64,000 bases of DNA from a virus (lineage: Duplodnaviria; Caudoviricetes): the IMG/VR virus record IMGVR_UViG_3300047160_036266, positions 160,001-224,000 of that record, one strand, 5' to 3'. How positions within the stretch are numbered: the stretch's first letter is position 1; every line of letters begins with the position of its first letter. Under the pieces are notes generated by a model, which saw only the letters and a list, made by a program, of their open reading frames with translations, made no database searches and was not told the origin of the DNA. Shown piece after piece: positions 63,258 to 64,000 of this stretch. The translations under genes were made by a program, and so were the position numbers.

Positions 63258-64000
63258 ATGAATGTCATAAAACACTGCCGTAGCGGCCTGATGCTTTTCA
63301 ACAGTAACGACGCTTATATCGGCAAATCCTTTCTGGAATATGGCGAGTTCTCCCAGGGAGAAGTGGACTTATTCGAGGCGATCATCAAGCCGGGCATGAC
63401 CGTCTTGGACATCGGGGCCAATATCGGCGCTTTCTCCATTCCCTTCGCCCAGATGGTCGGGCCGCAAGGCACCGTCTTTGCCTACGAGCCACAACGCATG
63501 TGCTACTATCTCCTTTGTGCCAACGTGGCTCTGAACAACCTGACCAACGTGATCTGCCTCCAGAATGCCGTAGGCAAGGAGGGTGGTCGTATTGACGTTC
63601 CAGAGCTTGATTTCGGCAAGCCAGCTAACTTTGGTGGCCTGGAGCTTGGCAAGGATTACCCGGAGGCTCGCAGCAAATGTTCGGTGAAACTCATCAAGTT
63701 GGACGAAACGGGCTTTGCCAAGGTGGATTTCATCAAGATCGACGTGGAGGGGATGGAGCCAGATGTGTTTATGGGAGCGAGGGAACTTATCCGGCGGGAC
63801 CGCCCCTTTATCTACATGGAATGCGACCGGGGCGAGAATATGAGCCTGCTGGTCAAACTCGCCAAGGCGGCGAGTTATGACATCTATTTCCATGCCCCGC
63901 AATTGTATAATTCTGACAACTATCTCCGCAACCCTCGCAATGAATTCGGCCCGATTTCCTCCATCAACATGCTTTGCTGGCCCCAAGAGGTCGCGTTCCC
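63258..64000 (+). CDS. FkbM-family methyltransferase, partial (not in ORF track)
   Basis: D.YIGKS...YGEFS..E, VLDIGANIG, VFAYEPQ, DFIKIDVEGME. Confidence 0.9.
   Translation, partial: MNVIKHCRSGLMLFNSNDAYIGKSFLEYGEFSQGEVDLFEAIIKPGMTVLDIGANIGAFSIPFAQMVGPQGTVFAYEPQRMCYYLLCANVALNNLTNVICLQNAVGKEGGRIDVPELDFGKPANFGGLELGKDYPEARSKCSVKLIKLDETGFAKVDFIKIDVEGMEPDVFMGARELIRRDRPFIYMECDRGENMSLLVKLAKAASYDIYFHAPQLYNSDNYLRNPRNEFGPISSINMLCWPQEVAF

Noticed and set aside
1-64000. CRISPR array, tRNA or rRNA genes
   Set aside because: No repeat-spacer pattern or cloverleaf seen by eye; intergenic gaps are short, and the tandem repeats found are in-frame coding repeats
1-64000. Alternative genetic code (TAG/TGA recoding)
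   Set aside because: Conserved enzymes and structural genes are full length in code 11, and TAA, TAG and TGA all end genes sensibly

Overview
64 kb of a large tailed-phage genome (huge/jumbo myovirus with T4-like tail genes). The code is standard and no tRNA, rRNA, CRISPR array or IS was seen. Virion morphogenesis genes: tail sheath, two tube genes plus a third tube-like gene, gp13/gp14/gp15-like neck and tail-terminator genes, and a gp26-like gene joined to a gp51-like ORF through a likely -1 frameshift. The right end holds three paralogous ~390-aa fibre/spike genes and a 3219-aa Ala/Thr/Val-rich fibre built on a 20-aa repeat. Interleaved accessory genes: a gp55-like sigma factor, three glycosyltransferases, RmlA-like, HldD-like and GNA1-like enzymes, four SAM methyltransferases, NAMPT, Nudix, family-4 UDG, Thg1, RNA ligase, Prim-Pol, a phiEco32-like COOH-NH2 ligase and an orphan McsA. 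Main patterns read from the DNA: (1) a TANATA promoter-like motif 4-6 nt before many starts that lack a Shine-Dalgarno; (2) mini-uORFs behind that motif, coupled to the next gene; (3) about ten unknown proteins sharing an N-terminal M-x-F-x-x-W...E signal; (4) a dispersed glycan/methylation toolkit that may decorate the virion; (5) unusually Cys-rich tail proteins. All product calls come from motif recognition, not database searches. Several starts were moved from the ORF track using SD/promoter context.
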